DNA of 64,000 nt from Macrostomum lignano (taxonomy: Eukaryota), in NCBI GenBank assembly GCA_002269645.1, contig NIVC01000406.1, forward strand, positions 508,724 through 572,723. The letters are read 5' to 3'. The notes under the pieces were generated by a model. It made no database searches. It saw nothing but the letters and a program-made list of their open reading frames with translations, and was not told the origin of the DNA. The first letter of the stretch is position 1, and the number at the start of each line of letters is the position of its first letter. Below, in pieces: positions 1 through 12,994 of the stretch. The position numbers and the translations under genes are program-made.

Positions 1-573
1 ACCTGATGCACGAAACAATGAAACATTCAACGAATCAACAAAACATCCACAACATGAAAGCTGAGGAAAGAACAGTCAAAAGTTAATCAACATTGTCCTA
101 AGGCTTCTCTACATAGTCACCATTAGGTGCGCTGCACACTTCTGCCATTGGCTAGGGGAGGCCTATGCATGTTGTCAATGTCATTAATCAGCAAAATCTG
201 AGCGCAGCATCTCATGAAAGAGAACTTGGCGAGTGCTTCCAGGCTCCCACGACAAGCTAAATTTGTCTATGCAGCAGCTTTTTCCTCTTTGGAAAGAAGG
301 CAAAGTCAGCTGTTGAGAAATCTGGAGAGTAGGGTGGCAATGAGAGCAGCACAAAATTTGCCTGCTCAATTGTCTCCTCCGGTTTCTTGGCCATGTGGGA
401 CGTGCGTTGTCAACATGCATAGCCGATGGCAGAAGTGTGCAGCGCACCCAGTGGTGATTATGTGGAGAAGCCTCAGGACAATGTTGATTAACTTTTAAAT
501 GTTCTTTCCTTAGCTTTCATGTTGCGGATGTTTTGTTGATTTGTTGTATGCTTCATTGTTTCATGTATCAGGT
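1..573. repeat. Long imperfect inverted repeat (foldback/MITE-like), left arm probably cut by the window edge
   Basis: Positions 1-~180 (ACCTGATGCACGAAACAATGAAACATTCAACG...) are the imperfect reverse complement of ~405-573 (...TTCATTGTTTCATGTATCAGGT). Confidence 0.75.
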
Positions 574-1198
574 ACAAAGCTTTGGTCTATGGCAATTTGT
601 AAAAGTAGCACAGGGGGTGGGGCAGAAAAGTGCTCATATCTCAAGAATGCCAGCAGATACAGAAATAAACAGAAAGTCATTTTAACGGGCAGATAATTCT
701 CTTTTCAACTGCAAAAGACTTAATATTTCTGATCGGTCAGAAAAGACTGTAGTGAAGAAAGTGCACCAACTTTTGGGACACCCCTTGTATTATAATTTAG
801 TACTTTTTATTTGTTTAGGGCCTACTATTGTAATAAAGAGTTATTGGACTCTTTTTAGGCAATGCCTAAAAATTCTTGCATGTCATACCATAGTTTGGAA
901 GGCAACATGTATGTAGGGATTTCCTGATATACAACAAGGGTACTTGCAATTTTCAGCATATATTAGCATATATCTTAGCATACATAACACAGCAGAAACA
1001 TTGTATCAATGACACATTTTTTAGTTTTAGCATACAAATGAGGTCTCTTAATTTTTCTGGCATTGGACCTGGCATATACTAATATACAATCTAAACTATA
1101 AATGTCATAGTGGCATTAATAATAGTGCACACCAAAAGTTTTTGTTAATATCAAAAAATCTTAATGGCCTCTCTTGTGCATATTACTAGTACATATAG

Positions 1199-1606
1199 CA
1201 AGGGTTGGCAAACTCTGGCCTATAGGCCAGATGGCAGATGTGACCTGCAAAGCCTCTTTATCTAGCCTTGGGGTCTTTTGAATTTTCACAATTGCAATCT
1301 GGCCTACTCAAGGTTTGTGTTTCTTCTTAGTTATCTTCTCACCTCTCTTCTTATCTTTCCTGTCTTTTTCTCCTTTCCTCTTATCTCCTCTCATCTCTTT
1401 TCTTATCTCTTATTTCCTCTCCCTTCTCTCTCCTCTTCTTTCTCCTCTCTTCTCTTTTCTATTTTATTGCCTCTTCTCTCTTATCCTTCATTCATTAGCT
1501 GCTCCTTTTTCTTATTTCTCTTCCCTATTCTCTCTTTTCCTCTGGCCTGCAGTCATGCACTGGGTTATCCATCTGGCCCTTGAGGTAAAAAGTTTGCCAA
1601 GCCTTG
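1199..1606. mobile_element. Putative hAT-type MITE with CT-rich interior
   Basis: Left end CAAGGGTTGGCAAACTCTGGCC..GGCCAGATGG pairs with right end CCATCTGGCC....AAAGTTTGCCAAGCCTTG. Flanking 8-mers ACATATAG / ATATTTAG match 6/8 (degenerate 8-bp TSD). The end resembles the CAGGGGTGGCAAACT class of hAT MITE termini (recalled). Confidence 0.55.
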
Positions 1607-2895
1607 ATATTTAGCATTTGACTATTTAGGCCCTTTTTGCAGAATTCTCCCTATAAAATAGCTTTTTAAAGAGTATAGGCTATGGCTAATGGCTATATAG
1701 TAAAGTATAGCATTGCTTTGTATAATGTCTAACATATATAAAAGTACCATATTAGGATCCATTTTTAAGACATAATAAACTTGTGCATAAGTTGTATATA
1801 AAACATTAATATTGTGGCAAAGTTACATGTCTAATGAAAAGCATAATTAAGAATGTAAGTGCTATTATTTTTTGTTATGCAACATGTTTCACCTCTAAAA
1901 CATGCAATTTGCCATGCAATTTGCCATGCCAAGTATGTTGTATAACAAAAAATGATAATGCTCACATTCTTAATAAAATAATAAATATAACTGTCTTATA
2001 TAGCATATATATATATATGTAATAGTAGTTTTAGGACTCTATTTTGAGTCCTAAACTGGGTCCTAAAAATACTAAGTTTTTTTTCTTTTTTTGAGTCCTA
2101 AAAATACCTAAATTTTTAGGTATTTTTAAATATACTATATTCCAATAATCCAACATTCCCATTTTAAGTTTAGAGCCAAAAAATTATTTTAATTATTTTA
2201 AGTTGGTCTATGGTGGTATTTAATGATGGTGGCATAAATAAAAATTTTGTTAATATAGTGAATTTAAAAAAGTATATAGTTTCAATTGTTTGATTGCAGC
2301 TACTTTATATTTATGATGCCATGGAACAGTCTGAAAAAATAAAAGCCAGAATGTTCCAACAGGAGTTTATATAGGAATTCAACTTACTATATTCATAATG
2401 TATAATTTATTATAGAAATTTCTAGAATTACAATGTATGCTAATACAATAGCCCACAGAGTCCCAATAAGAAGAAAATTAAAAAATTCAAACAAATGATG
2501 CCATTTTGCCATATTTAGCTGAACAAATTGCTGCTGTTACTATTGAGACTTGCCTATAGGAAACTGGTATAACCATATGCTTCCATGTAACAATGGAAGC
2601 TAATAATGCTAATTGGATGACAAAGCATTTAGCCTTAATTACACAGTTATAGTTACTCACGCCGTTTACCTGAATTTCAAAAGTCAAAAAAGTCTTGTGG
2701 CCAGTGTTAATCAGGGGGGTTGCGCATGTATGGTTCTATTTGTATTATCTTTAAAAAATGTGCCAATTTATCTAACATTTAGTGGCAATGATAGGCAAAT
2801 ATATTGATTTTTTGCCTTTAATCAAACAGCTGTTAAGTAAATTAAACTTAGTTATTATTTCTGTGTGTGCATCTCTGATATTTGCTTTGACATTC

Positions 2896-5672
2896 ATGGC
2901 GGGCCGCACAATGAAGGAGCTCCTGTCACTGACGGTGCTGAGCCAGTCTGGCGCCCAGTTCGTGCACGAATTCCCCTCGGACACTGAGCTCTCTGTGGTC
3001 GCCGACCGGGCCCAGGCCGCCCTGGCCGCCAGCAGAGGCGTCCTGCTCGGCCAGCCGATCCAGCTGCTGCACGTCCGCACTGGCCGGCGACTGGCGCCCT
3101 GCCTCAGCCTGGCTGCTGCGGCCGTGCGGCCCGGCGACGAGCTGCTCCTGCTGCCCCCGCCGCCGCCGCCGCCGCCGCCGTCGCCTCCGGCCCGAACGCC
3201 CTCTCCGGAAGCGTCTTTCCGGTCGCTGCTGTTCGGTGTCGGCGAAGGCGGCGCAGCCTCGGCTATTGAATTCGCCCGCGATGCTTCCACGTCAACAGAC
3301 GAGCCGCTGCTGCGCCAGTCGCCCTCGGCTTCTGCGTCTCCAGCCGCCGAGAGACGGCACGGCAGCCACGTGAATCTGGAGGACATCGAGGCCGCCACCC
3401 GACACCTGGAACCCCGGTCGCCGCCGCCGCCGCCGCCCCAGCAACGCCCCCAGCAACGCAGTCCCCGTCGCGCAATTCCCAGGACTCCTCGGGTCCGCAG
3501 CGAATCACCGGGCAGGCTTTCTCGCGCGCCCTGGCGCCAACTTTGGTGACGCTGATTGACACCTGCCAGCGATTGCTGTGCACTCATCCGGATGCTGAGA
3601 AGCTGATGCAGCTGGTCCGGTCGGGCAGCTCAGCGCCTGCTGCGCCGCGCCCGGCGCCGGACCTGCAGTTGGTGCGCCAGCTGGCCGAGATGGGCTTCCC
3701 CGAGGAGCAGGCGAAGCGCGCGCTGGCCTTGGCGCACAACAGCCTGGCTGACGCCACCGACTGCCTGCTGGCTGGCGAGTCGGCTCTGGCCGCGGCGGAG
3801 GCGCCCCAGCCAGCTGCTCAAGCCGAGTCTGAGTCCGCCAGCCAGGCTGGTATGGCGGGAGTGAAGTTGGGGCTGAGTCACTGTCAAGGTCATGTTGAGT
3901 AGGGTCTGGGATATTGTCAGTGTCATGTTGAGTAGGATCTGGGATATTGTCAATGTCATGTTGAGTAGGATCTGGGATATTGTCAATGTCAGCGACCTCG
4001 CAGCATCAGGATCTGCGAGGTCGCTGATGCCATACTGAGGATCTGGGAGGTCGCTAATGCCATACTGAGGATCTGGGAGGTCGCCAATGCCATACTGAGG
4101 ATCTGGGAGGTCGCTAATGCCATACTGAGGATCTGGGAGGTCGCCAATGCCATACTGAGGATCTGGGAGGTCGCTAATGCCATACTGAGGATCTGGGAGG
4201 TCGCTAATGCCATACTGAGGATCTGGGAGGTCGCTAATGCTATACTGAGGATCTGCGAGGTCGCCAATGCCATACTGAGGATCTGGGAGGTCGCTAATGC
4301 CATACTGAGGATCTGGGAGGTCGCTAATGCCATACTGAGGATCTGGGAGGTCGCTAATGCCATACTGAGGATCTGGGAGGTCGCTAATGCTATACTGAGG
4401 ATCTGCGAGGTCGCTGATGCCATACTGAGGATCTGGGGGGGGGAGGTCGCTAATGCCATACTGAGGATCTGGGGGGGAAGGTCGCTAATGCCATACTGAG
4501 GATCTGGGAGGTCGCTGATGCCATACTGAGGATCTGGGGGGGAGGTCGCTAATGCCATACTGAGGATCTGGGAGGTCGCTGATGCCATACTGAGGATCTG
4601 GGGGGGAGGTCGCTAATGCCATACTGAGGATCTGGGAGGAGGTCGCTAATGCCATACTGAGGATCTGAGAGGTCGCTAATGCCATACTGAGGATCTGGGA
4701 GGTCGCTAATGCCATACTGAGGATCTGGGGGGGTCGCTAATGCCATACTGAGGATCTGGGAGGTCGCCAATGCCATACTGAGGATCTGGGGGGGGGGGTC
4801 GCTAATGCCATACTGAGGATCTGGGAGGTCGCCAATGCCATACTGAGGATCTGGGGGGGGTCGCTAATGCCATACTGAGGATCTGGGAGGTCGCCAATGC
4901 CCTACTGAGGATCTGGAGGGGGTCGCTAATGCCATACTGAGGATCTGGGAGGTCGCTAATGCCATACTGAGGATCTGGGAGGTCGCCAATGCCATACTGA
5001 GGATCTGGGAGGTCGCCAATGCCATACTGAGGATCTGGGAGGTCGCTAATGCCATACTGAGGATCTGGGAGGTCGCCAATGCCATACTGAGGATCTGGGA
5101 GGTCGCTAATGCCATACTGAGGATCTGAAAGGTCGCCAATGTCACCCTGAGGCAACCCAACCCCAACCATTGCAGCGGACCGCGGCTTCGTGGAGCCGCT
5201 GTCGGTGCCGGGCATGCTGGAGCTGTTCCGGCAGTACAGCCGAGCCCAGTTCCGGCCCAGCCAGGCCACCCGGCTCCGCCTGCTGGACATGGGCTTCGAC
5301 GAGCCAGGCGTCACGGACGCTCTTCGCTTGCACAACAATGATGAAGCCCAGGCGCTGGAGACCCTGCTGAGCGGTCAGGCCAGTCAGCATCTGCAGGAGA
5401 GCGCGGAGCTGCGGCAGCAGGGGGACGACGCCCTGACAGGCCTGGACCCGGAGTCGCCGCTGTACAAGGCGCTGATGGAAAATCCTTCGGTGCAGCTGGC
5501 CATGTGCCAGCCGGTCACCCTGCTGGCCTTCCTCAGCATCTTGGACAACCCGCTGACCCTCAACAGCTGGCAGAATCAGCTGCCGGGATTTCAGTCGCTG
5601 ATTCGAACCATAGCGTCTCTCTACTATGAGCACTCCGCTGGCGGGGAGGGGCCGCACCTGCTCATCTCTTGA
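2896..5672 (+). CDS. UBAC1: UBAC1/KPC2 (UBL-UBA-UBA-STI1); 2 exons: 2896-3849 and 5176-5672, with an apparent -1 frameshift at ~3410-3510
   Basis: N-terminal UBL-like region, then LVTLIDTCQRLLCTHPDA, UBA1 (LAEMGFPEEQAKRAL), UBA2 (LLDMGFDEPGVTDALRLHNN) and STI1-like GLDPESPLYKALMENPSVQL, all matching recalled UBAC1 segments. GT donor at 3850, AG acceptor at 5174-5175, phase 1 consistent. Confidence 0.85.
3893..5140. repeat. 30-bp minisatellite (two related variants) filling the UBAC1 intron
   Basis: About 3 units of CATGTTGAGTAGGATCTGGGATATTGTCAAT, then about 37 units of GTCGCTAATGCCATACTGAGGATCTGGGAG with variable poly-G runs. Confidence 0.95.
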
Positions 5673-6989
5673 GCCAAGTTTCTCATTCTTTTACTCTATT
5701 GACCTCTGAGAAGTTTTTGCGATGTCCTGAGCACAGTGTAGTTGACCTCGTTCGACCTTCAGCAAACTATCTATGGTCTCATATTTGACTTTGGGCGAAC
5801 TTTACGAGTAGATGACCTGTAATTTAGTTGACCTGGTTTGACCTTCGAACTCTAAATGACCCCATATAGTTTTGATGACGTCATTGGACCTTCAGTGAAC
5901 TTCATATGACAGGCAGTATAATTGAGCTTTGTCGAACTTTCGATGACCCAATTTGAACTTTAGCGTCAGTCTTGCACAATTCAATTTAATTTAACTCAAT
6001 CCAATTTAATTCAGTTTTTCCGATCTTGAGGGACTCGCCTAGAGAGCCGCAATGAATATTTCAGCGCCGCGCCATCCTGACCTCCGGCTGCTGGCCTTGC
6101 TAAATAATTTGCTTGGTCTGCTTTCAGTGCCGGGGGTGGGCGGCCTGCTGACAGCTGCCAGATCCGCAGCCCTCCTGCCTGTTGAAAGGCTGCTGTCGTG
6201 TCGCGGCCTCGCCCTGTTTTTTCGCGTCCGGGGCTTCTCATTTTCCTTCTATTTCTGTATTTGCATGCTATTCTGCTTTTTTCCTTGGACAATGTCTGCA
6301 TGACATTGTTTGCCTTGATTTTTTAGTCGTCGTATTGCAATAGAATAAGACCCAAGTTCACTACAATCTGTTTAACCAAAAACTGACGTTACGATAAATT
6401 TTGTGCGCCAAACTGAACAAGTGGAAAATGCGAGTTGTGGTGAACAGGAGTTGCCAATACACGATTCTGGGTTTGAGTTGAGAATCGAGACCTGCCAGGT
6501 TGGGCCAGACTTAACCAGGCGTCTTTTAGGGTGAGGGGGGTTTCTTCTCAAGGCAGCTCTCGGGCAGTGCTCGAGTGTCCTGCCCAGTGGAGGGGGTGGG
6601 CGGGCAGGGATGATGACCGGCTTTTGGCAGGCCTGATTTGAATTCCAACACACTGACGGATGAGGAGCCTTGCTGTGGAAATTGGGGGGGGGGGTTGAAG
6701 AAATCGACCAAGGGCCTTATCAAGTGTATTTTGAAGTATTCCTGCTGGTGTTTGTACTTTAGTTGTGCTTTTAGTTTTTATATGATTCGTATAGTAAACA
6801 TGAAATCCTTGTGTCAGCAGATTATTGAACATCGTACAGTTTGTTATAGTTTGTAACAATTTTACTTGGAGTTCGAATACATGATCTTTATAGTAGATTT
6901 GTACTTTTAAATTCAAATTTCACGTATTTAGGCTGTAGCTCTTAGTATGATTACTTTTGGTAATTTTTTAAATTGCCTATGTCCGTATA

Positions 6990-7680
6990 TAATGTGACTG
7001 TCAATATCCAGTCTGTGTGTATCTTGTGTATAGCAGTATGTTTACATTGTCTATGGCAGTATGTGTGCTTTGTCTATGGCAGTAAGTGTACATTGTCTGT
7101 GGCAGTATGTGTGCTTTGTCTATGGCAGGATGTTTACATTGTCTATGGCAGTATGTGTGCTTTGTCTATGGCAGGATGTTTACATTGTCTATGGCAGTAT
7201 GTGTGCTTTGTCTATGGCAGGATGTTTACATTGTCTATGGCAGTATGTGTGCTTTGTCTATGGCAGTAAGTGTACATTGTCTGTGGCAGTATGTGTGCTT
7301 TGTCTATGGCAGGATGTTTACATTGTCTATGGCAGTATGTGTGCTTTGTCTATGGCAGGATGTTTACATTGTCTATGGCAGTATGTGTGCTTTGTCTATG
7401 GCAGGATGTTTACATTGTCTATGGCAGTATGTGTGCTTTGTCTATGGCAGGATGTTTACATTGTCTATGGCAGTATGTGTGATTTGTCTATGGCAGTAAG
7501 TATACATTGTCTGTGGCAGTATATGTTCATTGTCTATGGCAGGATGTTTACATTGTCTATGGCAGTATGTGTGCTTTGTCTATGGCGGGATGTGTGTGGC
7601 AGTATGTGTGCTTTGTCTATGGCAGTAAGTGTACATTGTCTGTGGCAGTGTGTGCATTGTCTATGGCAGCATGTTTACTT
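6990..7680. repeat. 23/46-bp higher-order minisatellite immediately upstream of the nAChR start
   Basis: Alternating GTATGTGTGCTTTGTCTATGGCA and GGATGTTTACATTGTCTATGGCA subunits. Confidence 0.9.
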
Positions 7681-7732
7681 TGGCATGGTGCAAGCGTTCA
7701 ATCCCGAACTCATTCCAGCCAGCCCGTCTCCA

Positions 7733-10324
7733 ATGCGGCCGCCGGTTCTCCTGCTTTCGTCGCTGCTGCCGCTGCTCGGCCAGCTGCTGTCGACGCCCCC
7801 GTCGCCGGCGTTGGCGTCCTCGGCCAAGGCGGCCAATCGGTCCAACGAGAAGCTGCTCATCCAGAAGCTGATCAACGGCTACAGGGAGCACGGCCTGCTG
7901 GGCCGGCCGGTTGGCAACTACAAGGATCAGGTGGGTGGGCGCTTGCTGCGAGCGTATCCGGGGAGATTAGTTTGCAGTGCGGAGAATAGTGACCCACTGG
8001 TAACAAGTGTCACCTACCGGCTAGAATGCTGAACACTAGGCTTGGGAATGCTGACCCACTAGGCTTGAAAAATGTTGACCCACTAGACTGGAATGCTGGA
8101 ATAGTTTGGGAGCTGTTAGGGCACCAGACACTGATGACCCACCAGTCACTGATGATCCACCAGTCACTGATGACCCACCAGACACTGATAACCCACCAGT
8201 CACAGATGATCCACCAGTCACTGATGACCCACCAGACACTGATGATCCACCAGTCACAGATGACCCACCAGACACTGATGACCCACCAGTCACAGATGAC
8301 CCACCAGTCACTGATAACCCACCAGACACTGATGACCCACCAGTCACAGATGACCCACCAGACACTGATGACCCACCAGTCACAGATGACCCACCAGACA
8401 CTGATGACCCACCAGACACTGATGAACCACCAGACACTGATGACCCACCAGACACTGATGACCTACCAGACACTGATGACCTACCAGACACTGATGACCT
8501 ACCAGACACTGATGACCTACCAGACACTGATGACCTACCAGACACTGATGACCTACCAGACACAGATGACCTACCAGACACTGATGACCCACCAGACACT
8601 GATAACCCACCAGACACAGATGACCTACCAGACACTGATGACCCACCAGACACTGATAACCCACCAGACACTGATGACCTACCAGACACTGATGATCCAC
8701 CAGTCACTGATGACCCACCAGACAGATGACCCACTATACCCTGATGAGTCACTGATCACTGACACTGATAACCCACCAGATACAGATGACCCACCAGACA
8801 CAAATGACCCAGCCGTCACTCCCGCAGGTAGAAATCAAGTTCGGCCTCGCATTCGTGCAAATCCTGGACCTGGACGAGAACCGGCAGCTGCTGCGCACGA
8901 ACTGCTGGCTGCGGTACATGTGGCACGACCGGCTGCTGAACTGGAGCGGCTGGGCGAACACGACCCGCCAGTTCGAGAACCTGACCCAGATCCGAGTGTT
9001 CCCGGATCTCATCTGGACGCCCGACATTCGGCTGTTGAATTTCGCCGACGAGCGGCTATCAGAGCAGCGCGAGGCGCGGATTGTGGTGTACAGCCACGGC
9101 CTGGTGCTGTGGGTGCCGCAGTCTTTGTTTAAGAGCACCTGTCCGGTGGAGAGTCTTTATTTCCCATTCGACACGCAGCTCTGCGTGCTGGAGTTCGGCT
9201 CCTGGACCTACGACGTGACCCAGCTGAACATCAACTGGTACGACTACGAGATCACCTACGACAACAACACGCAGGGCTCGGAGCCCAACCCCTACATTGA
9301 TTACACTAACTACATCCCTAGCAACGAGTGGGTGACGGACGGCGAGCTCGAGCCAACCATCTGGCCGTCCAGGCGCACCAAGCAGATCCGGTCCATTGTC
9401 CGGTGCCGCAACGTCACCTTCCAGTCTGCTAGCGGCGGCCAGTACAACCGGACCTACAAGACTCTGCAGTACCGGGTTCGCATGCGCCGGAGCGCCTCAT
9501 TCTACCTGTCAATCCTGGTGCTGCCCTGCATGCTGCTCTCCTGCCTCACCTGGGTGATCTTCTGGCTGCCGCCAGAGTCCCCGGCCAAGATGCAGCTGGG
9601 CATGAACATCTTTGTGGCCTTCTTTGTCCTCATGCTGCTGCTGTCGGAGGCCACGCCGTCGGCCGTGAAGACTTTCCCGCTGATCGGGTATTACTACTGC
9701 CTGAACATGGTGATGATCACCCTCAGCACCTTCCTGGCCGTCATCGTCATCAACCTGTACGTGTGCGCCGATCGCCACGCTCCGCTGAACCCGCTGCTCC
9801 GCCAGCTGCTTGTCGAAGGCCTCGGTCGGCTGTTCCTGGTCCGGCAGAGCGTCCCGCTGCCGCCTCCGGTGGCGTGCGGCAAGGCCGCCAAGCCGAAGAA
9901 GCAGCCGCCGCCGCAACTGCCTTCGACGCAGGCGGTCGCCGCGGCGGGAGCCCCTGAGGCTGAGCAGATCGGCCAGCTGCAGCGCCAGCGTCGGCACCGT
10001 CAGCAGCATCGGCAGCGGCGGCAGAAATCCAGCGGCGCCTGCTTGAACGAGGAGGATGACGCCGAGGAGGAGTCGACCCGTTCCGGCTCGGTTGAGAAGG
10101 GCGTGCTGGAGCTGAAACGGCACCTGCGGATGTACCTGAGCCGGCTGAAGGAGAAGGAAAGACGGAATTCGGCGGCCATGGAGTGGCGCACCCTGGCCAT
10201 TGTGCTGGACCGGATCTTCTTCACGTCCTACGTTCTGGCCATCATGGTGGCCATTGTGCTGCTCATCCCTCGGGCCCATCCGGAGCTGCCCTACGAGCGC
10301 GAGGATCAGAAATACTGCATGTGA
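7733..10324 (+). CDS. Cys-loop ligand-gated ion channel, nAChR-like non-alpha subunit with Pro-Ala (anion-type) motif; exons 7733-7930 and 8828-10324 (alternative ATG at 7685)
   Basis: Signal peptide MRPPVLLLSSLLPLLGQLL; WTPDI; Cys-loop CPVESLYFPFDTQLC; loop B FGSWTY; four TM segments; M1-M2 linker ESPAK. No vicinal CC in loop C. Phase-0 intron 7931-8827 (CAG|GTGGG...CCGCAG|GTA). Confidence 0.92.
8125..8815. repeat. 18-bp minisatellite in the nAChR intron
   Basis: Tandem CACTGATGACCCACCAGA/T units. Confidence 0.95.
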
Positions 10325-10334
10325 TGGATAATGT

Positions 10335-10577
10335 TGAACAGGATGTTCCTTAGCTGACAGCAGGATGTTCCTTAGCTTACAGCAGGATGTCCCTTAGCTG
10401 ACAGCAGGATGTTCCTTAGCTGACAGCAGGATGTTCCTTAGCTTACAGCAGAATGTTCCTTAGCTTACAGCAGAATGTTCCTTAGCTTACAGCAGAATGT
10501 TCCTTAGCTGACAGCAGGATGTTCCTTAGCTGACAGCAGGATGTTCCTTAGCTGACAGCAGGATGTTCCTTAGCTGA
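10335..10577. repeat. 22-bp minisatellite directly after the nAChR stop codon
   Basis: About 11 units of GACAGCAGGATGTTCCTTAGCT. Confidence 0.95.
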
Positions 10578-11269
10578 GATTTTTTTTCAAGCTTAGTGAT
10601 CCTAGCAGCTTTGATGATTAAAAAGCATAATTATAGTTCCGACTTGTATTGCATAATTTCCACATTTTATATAGCACTGTATTCACTGTGTGCACCCTTT
10701 ATTGCAGGCTGCAACTTTAGTATTGAGATTCCTTGTAGTGTACATTTTTTAATCTTTGAAATTTGTGCATACATTTTTTGGTGCATCAGACCGCCCAGAT
10801 GTTTACTATTTAAACTTTAATAGGTGGTTTTGTACTCTAGCTATTATAACTGGTTTATCTAGTTACAATTTTATTACATTTTTCCTTATTGCACTACTTA
10901 CGTCAGTAAGCGGCATGCATTTGTCTGCATTTGTTATTTTCTTTCAAGTAATTGATTGGGTTGTAAAACACGTACTTTCGTTTTGTGCGGACAATCAGGT
11001 TGTAGTTTTTCTTCACGTTTTGCATCGACTGTTTATCGAACATTGTCTACTATGCGATTCTTCACCGCTTATGTTTGGCCAAACGTTTTTGCGAGGTCTT
11101 CATCCGAGACTGTCTGCTGTTGTTTGTTGAAGGCAGTCGTCCGTTTTTCTTGTTATAAACCGTGCGGTAGGCTTATTGAGTTGCTTCGGTCCTTTCAGAC
11201 CAACTAAAGGGGCTATATAAAAATACACTAAGGTTGTAAAAGCTTCTGAGTAGGTGGCAAGCCACTGAG

Positions 11270-12492
11270 TCGGTAGAAAAGTCACTGAGTCGGTGGAAAA
11301 GTCACTGAGTCGGTGGAAGGGTCACTGAGTCGGTGGCATAGCCACAAATGATGTTTTAAAATCACAACTTAGGTTGTAAAGCCAAAAAATGAGGTTGTAA
11401 AGCCACAGATGAGGTTGTAAAGCAACAAATGAAGTTGTAAAGCTACAAATGAGGTTGTAAAGCCATAAATGAGGTTGTAAAGCCAAAAAATGAGGTTGTA
11501 AAGCAACAAATGAAGTTGTAAAGCCACAAATAAGGTTGTAAAGCCAAAAAATGAGGTTGTAAAGCAACAGATAAGGTTGTAAAGGTATAGATGAGGTTGT
11601 AAAGCCATAGATTAGGTTGTAAAGCCACAGATGAAGTTGTAAAGCCACAAATGAGGTTGTAAAGCAACAAATGAAGTTGTAAAGCAACAAATGAAGTTGT
11701 AAAGCCACAAATAAGGTTGTAAAGCCAAAAAATGAGGTTGTAAAGCAACAGATAAGGTTGTAAAGGTACAGATGAGGTTGTAAAGCCATAGATGAGGTTG
11801 TAAAGCCACAGATGAAGTTGTAAAGCCACAAATGAGGTTGTAAAGCCAAAAAATGAGGTTGTAAAGCCACAGATGAGGTTGTAAAGCAACAAATGAAGTT
11901 GTAAAGCCACAAATAAGGTTGTAAAGCCAAAAAATGAGGTTGTAAAGCAACAGATAAGGTTGTAAAGGTACAGATGAGGTTGTAAAGCCATAGATGAGGT
12001 TTTAAAGCCACAGATGAAGTTGTAAAGCCACAAAGGCGGTTGTAAAGTAAAAAAATGGGGTTGTAAAGCCAAAAAATGAGGTTGTAAAGCCACAGATGAG
12101 GTTGTAAAGCAACAAATAAAGTTGTAAAGCCACAAATGAGGTTGTAAAGCCATAAATGAGGTTGTAAAGCCACAGATAAGGTTGTAAAGGTACAGATGAG
12201 GTTGTAAAGCCATAGATGAGGTTATAAACCAACAAATGAGGTTGTTAAGCCAAAAAAGGAGGTTGTAAAGCCACAGATGAGGTTGTAAAGCAACAAATGA
12301 GGTTGTAAAGCCAAAAAGGAGGTTTTAAATCCAAAAATGAGGTTGTAAAGCCAAAAATGAGGTTGTAAAGACAAAAATGAGGTTGTAAAGCTAAAAAAGA
12401 GGTTTTAAAGACAAAAAATGAGGTTGTAAAGACAAAAATGAGGTTGTAAAGACAAAAATGAGGTTGTAAAGCTGAAAAAGAGGTTGTAAAGT
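11270..12492. repeat. Intergenic 20/21-bp minisatellites
   Basis: 3-4 units of GTCACTGAGTCGGTGGAAAA (11270-11335), then more than 50 units of GAGGTTGTAAAGCCACAAAT-type repeats (11370-12492). Confidence 0.95.
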
Positions 12493-12994
12493 GATTTTAT
12501 TGCAAAGAAAGTCGAATTTTGCCTTGAAATTTCACGCCCTGCGCAGTATGTCTGTCTAGTCTTCAATTGGCCAGCCAGCCGATCGCTGTTGTTACGTCAT
12601 CTGTTTTTGGATCCCTATTATATTTGTGGTAATTTTACTATATTTTTTTAATTTGTTACTTTATACTTTTACAAACGAATCTATTGCAAAGAATATTTAT
12701 AATATTTTTTTCTAATTATTCACTAGCCATTTCTGTCTTTTGCTTGACTGCGCAGCAGGTTTTCTTCTAATAGTTCAGATCTTTTGAAATCTTTAAAAAC
12801 TTATTAATTAATTAGCAGATGCTTTGTGGTAACTTGATTTTCACATACACCGCAAATTTATGATAATGAGAGAATTTTATAACAGAATCGAAACTAGCTT
12901 TCTCTTTTGCTTTTCTGTTTATATTTCTGACTCTCACAACCATAGGAACCGCGCCACTTAGCTACCAGGGATAACCGGTCAAGCAACCAGGGTT

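Noticed and set aside
1278-1614. Hydrophobic Phe/Leu/Ser-rich ORFs
   Set aside because: Low-complexity CT tract inside the putative MITE.
3989-5338. Long repetitive ORFs (MALATSQILS, PDPQYGISDL)
   Set aside because: Translations of the intronic 30-bp minisatellite on the antisense strand; no coding signal.
6640-6700. Hammerhead-ribozyme-like CTGACG(G)ATGA motif (also CTGATGA in the 8.1-8.8 kb array and at 57517)
   Set aside because: The core is imperfect or lacks a correctly placed GAAA and stems I-III.
7061-8760. Cys-rich and TDDPP/THQ repeat ORFs
   Set aside because: Minisatellite translations. Only the 3' part of 7061-8032 (nAChR exon 1) and 8828 onward are real.
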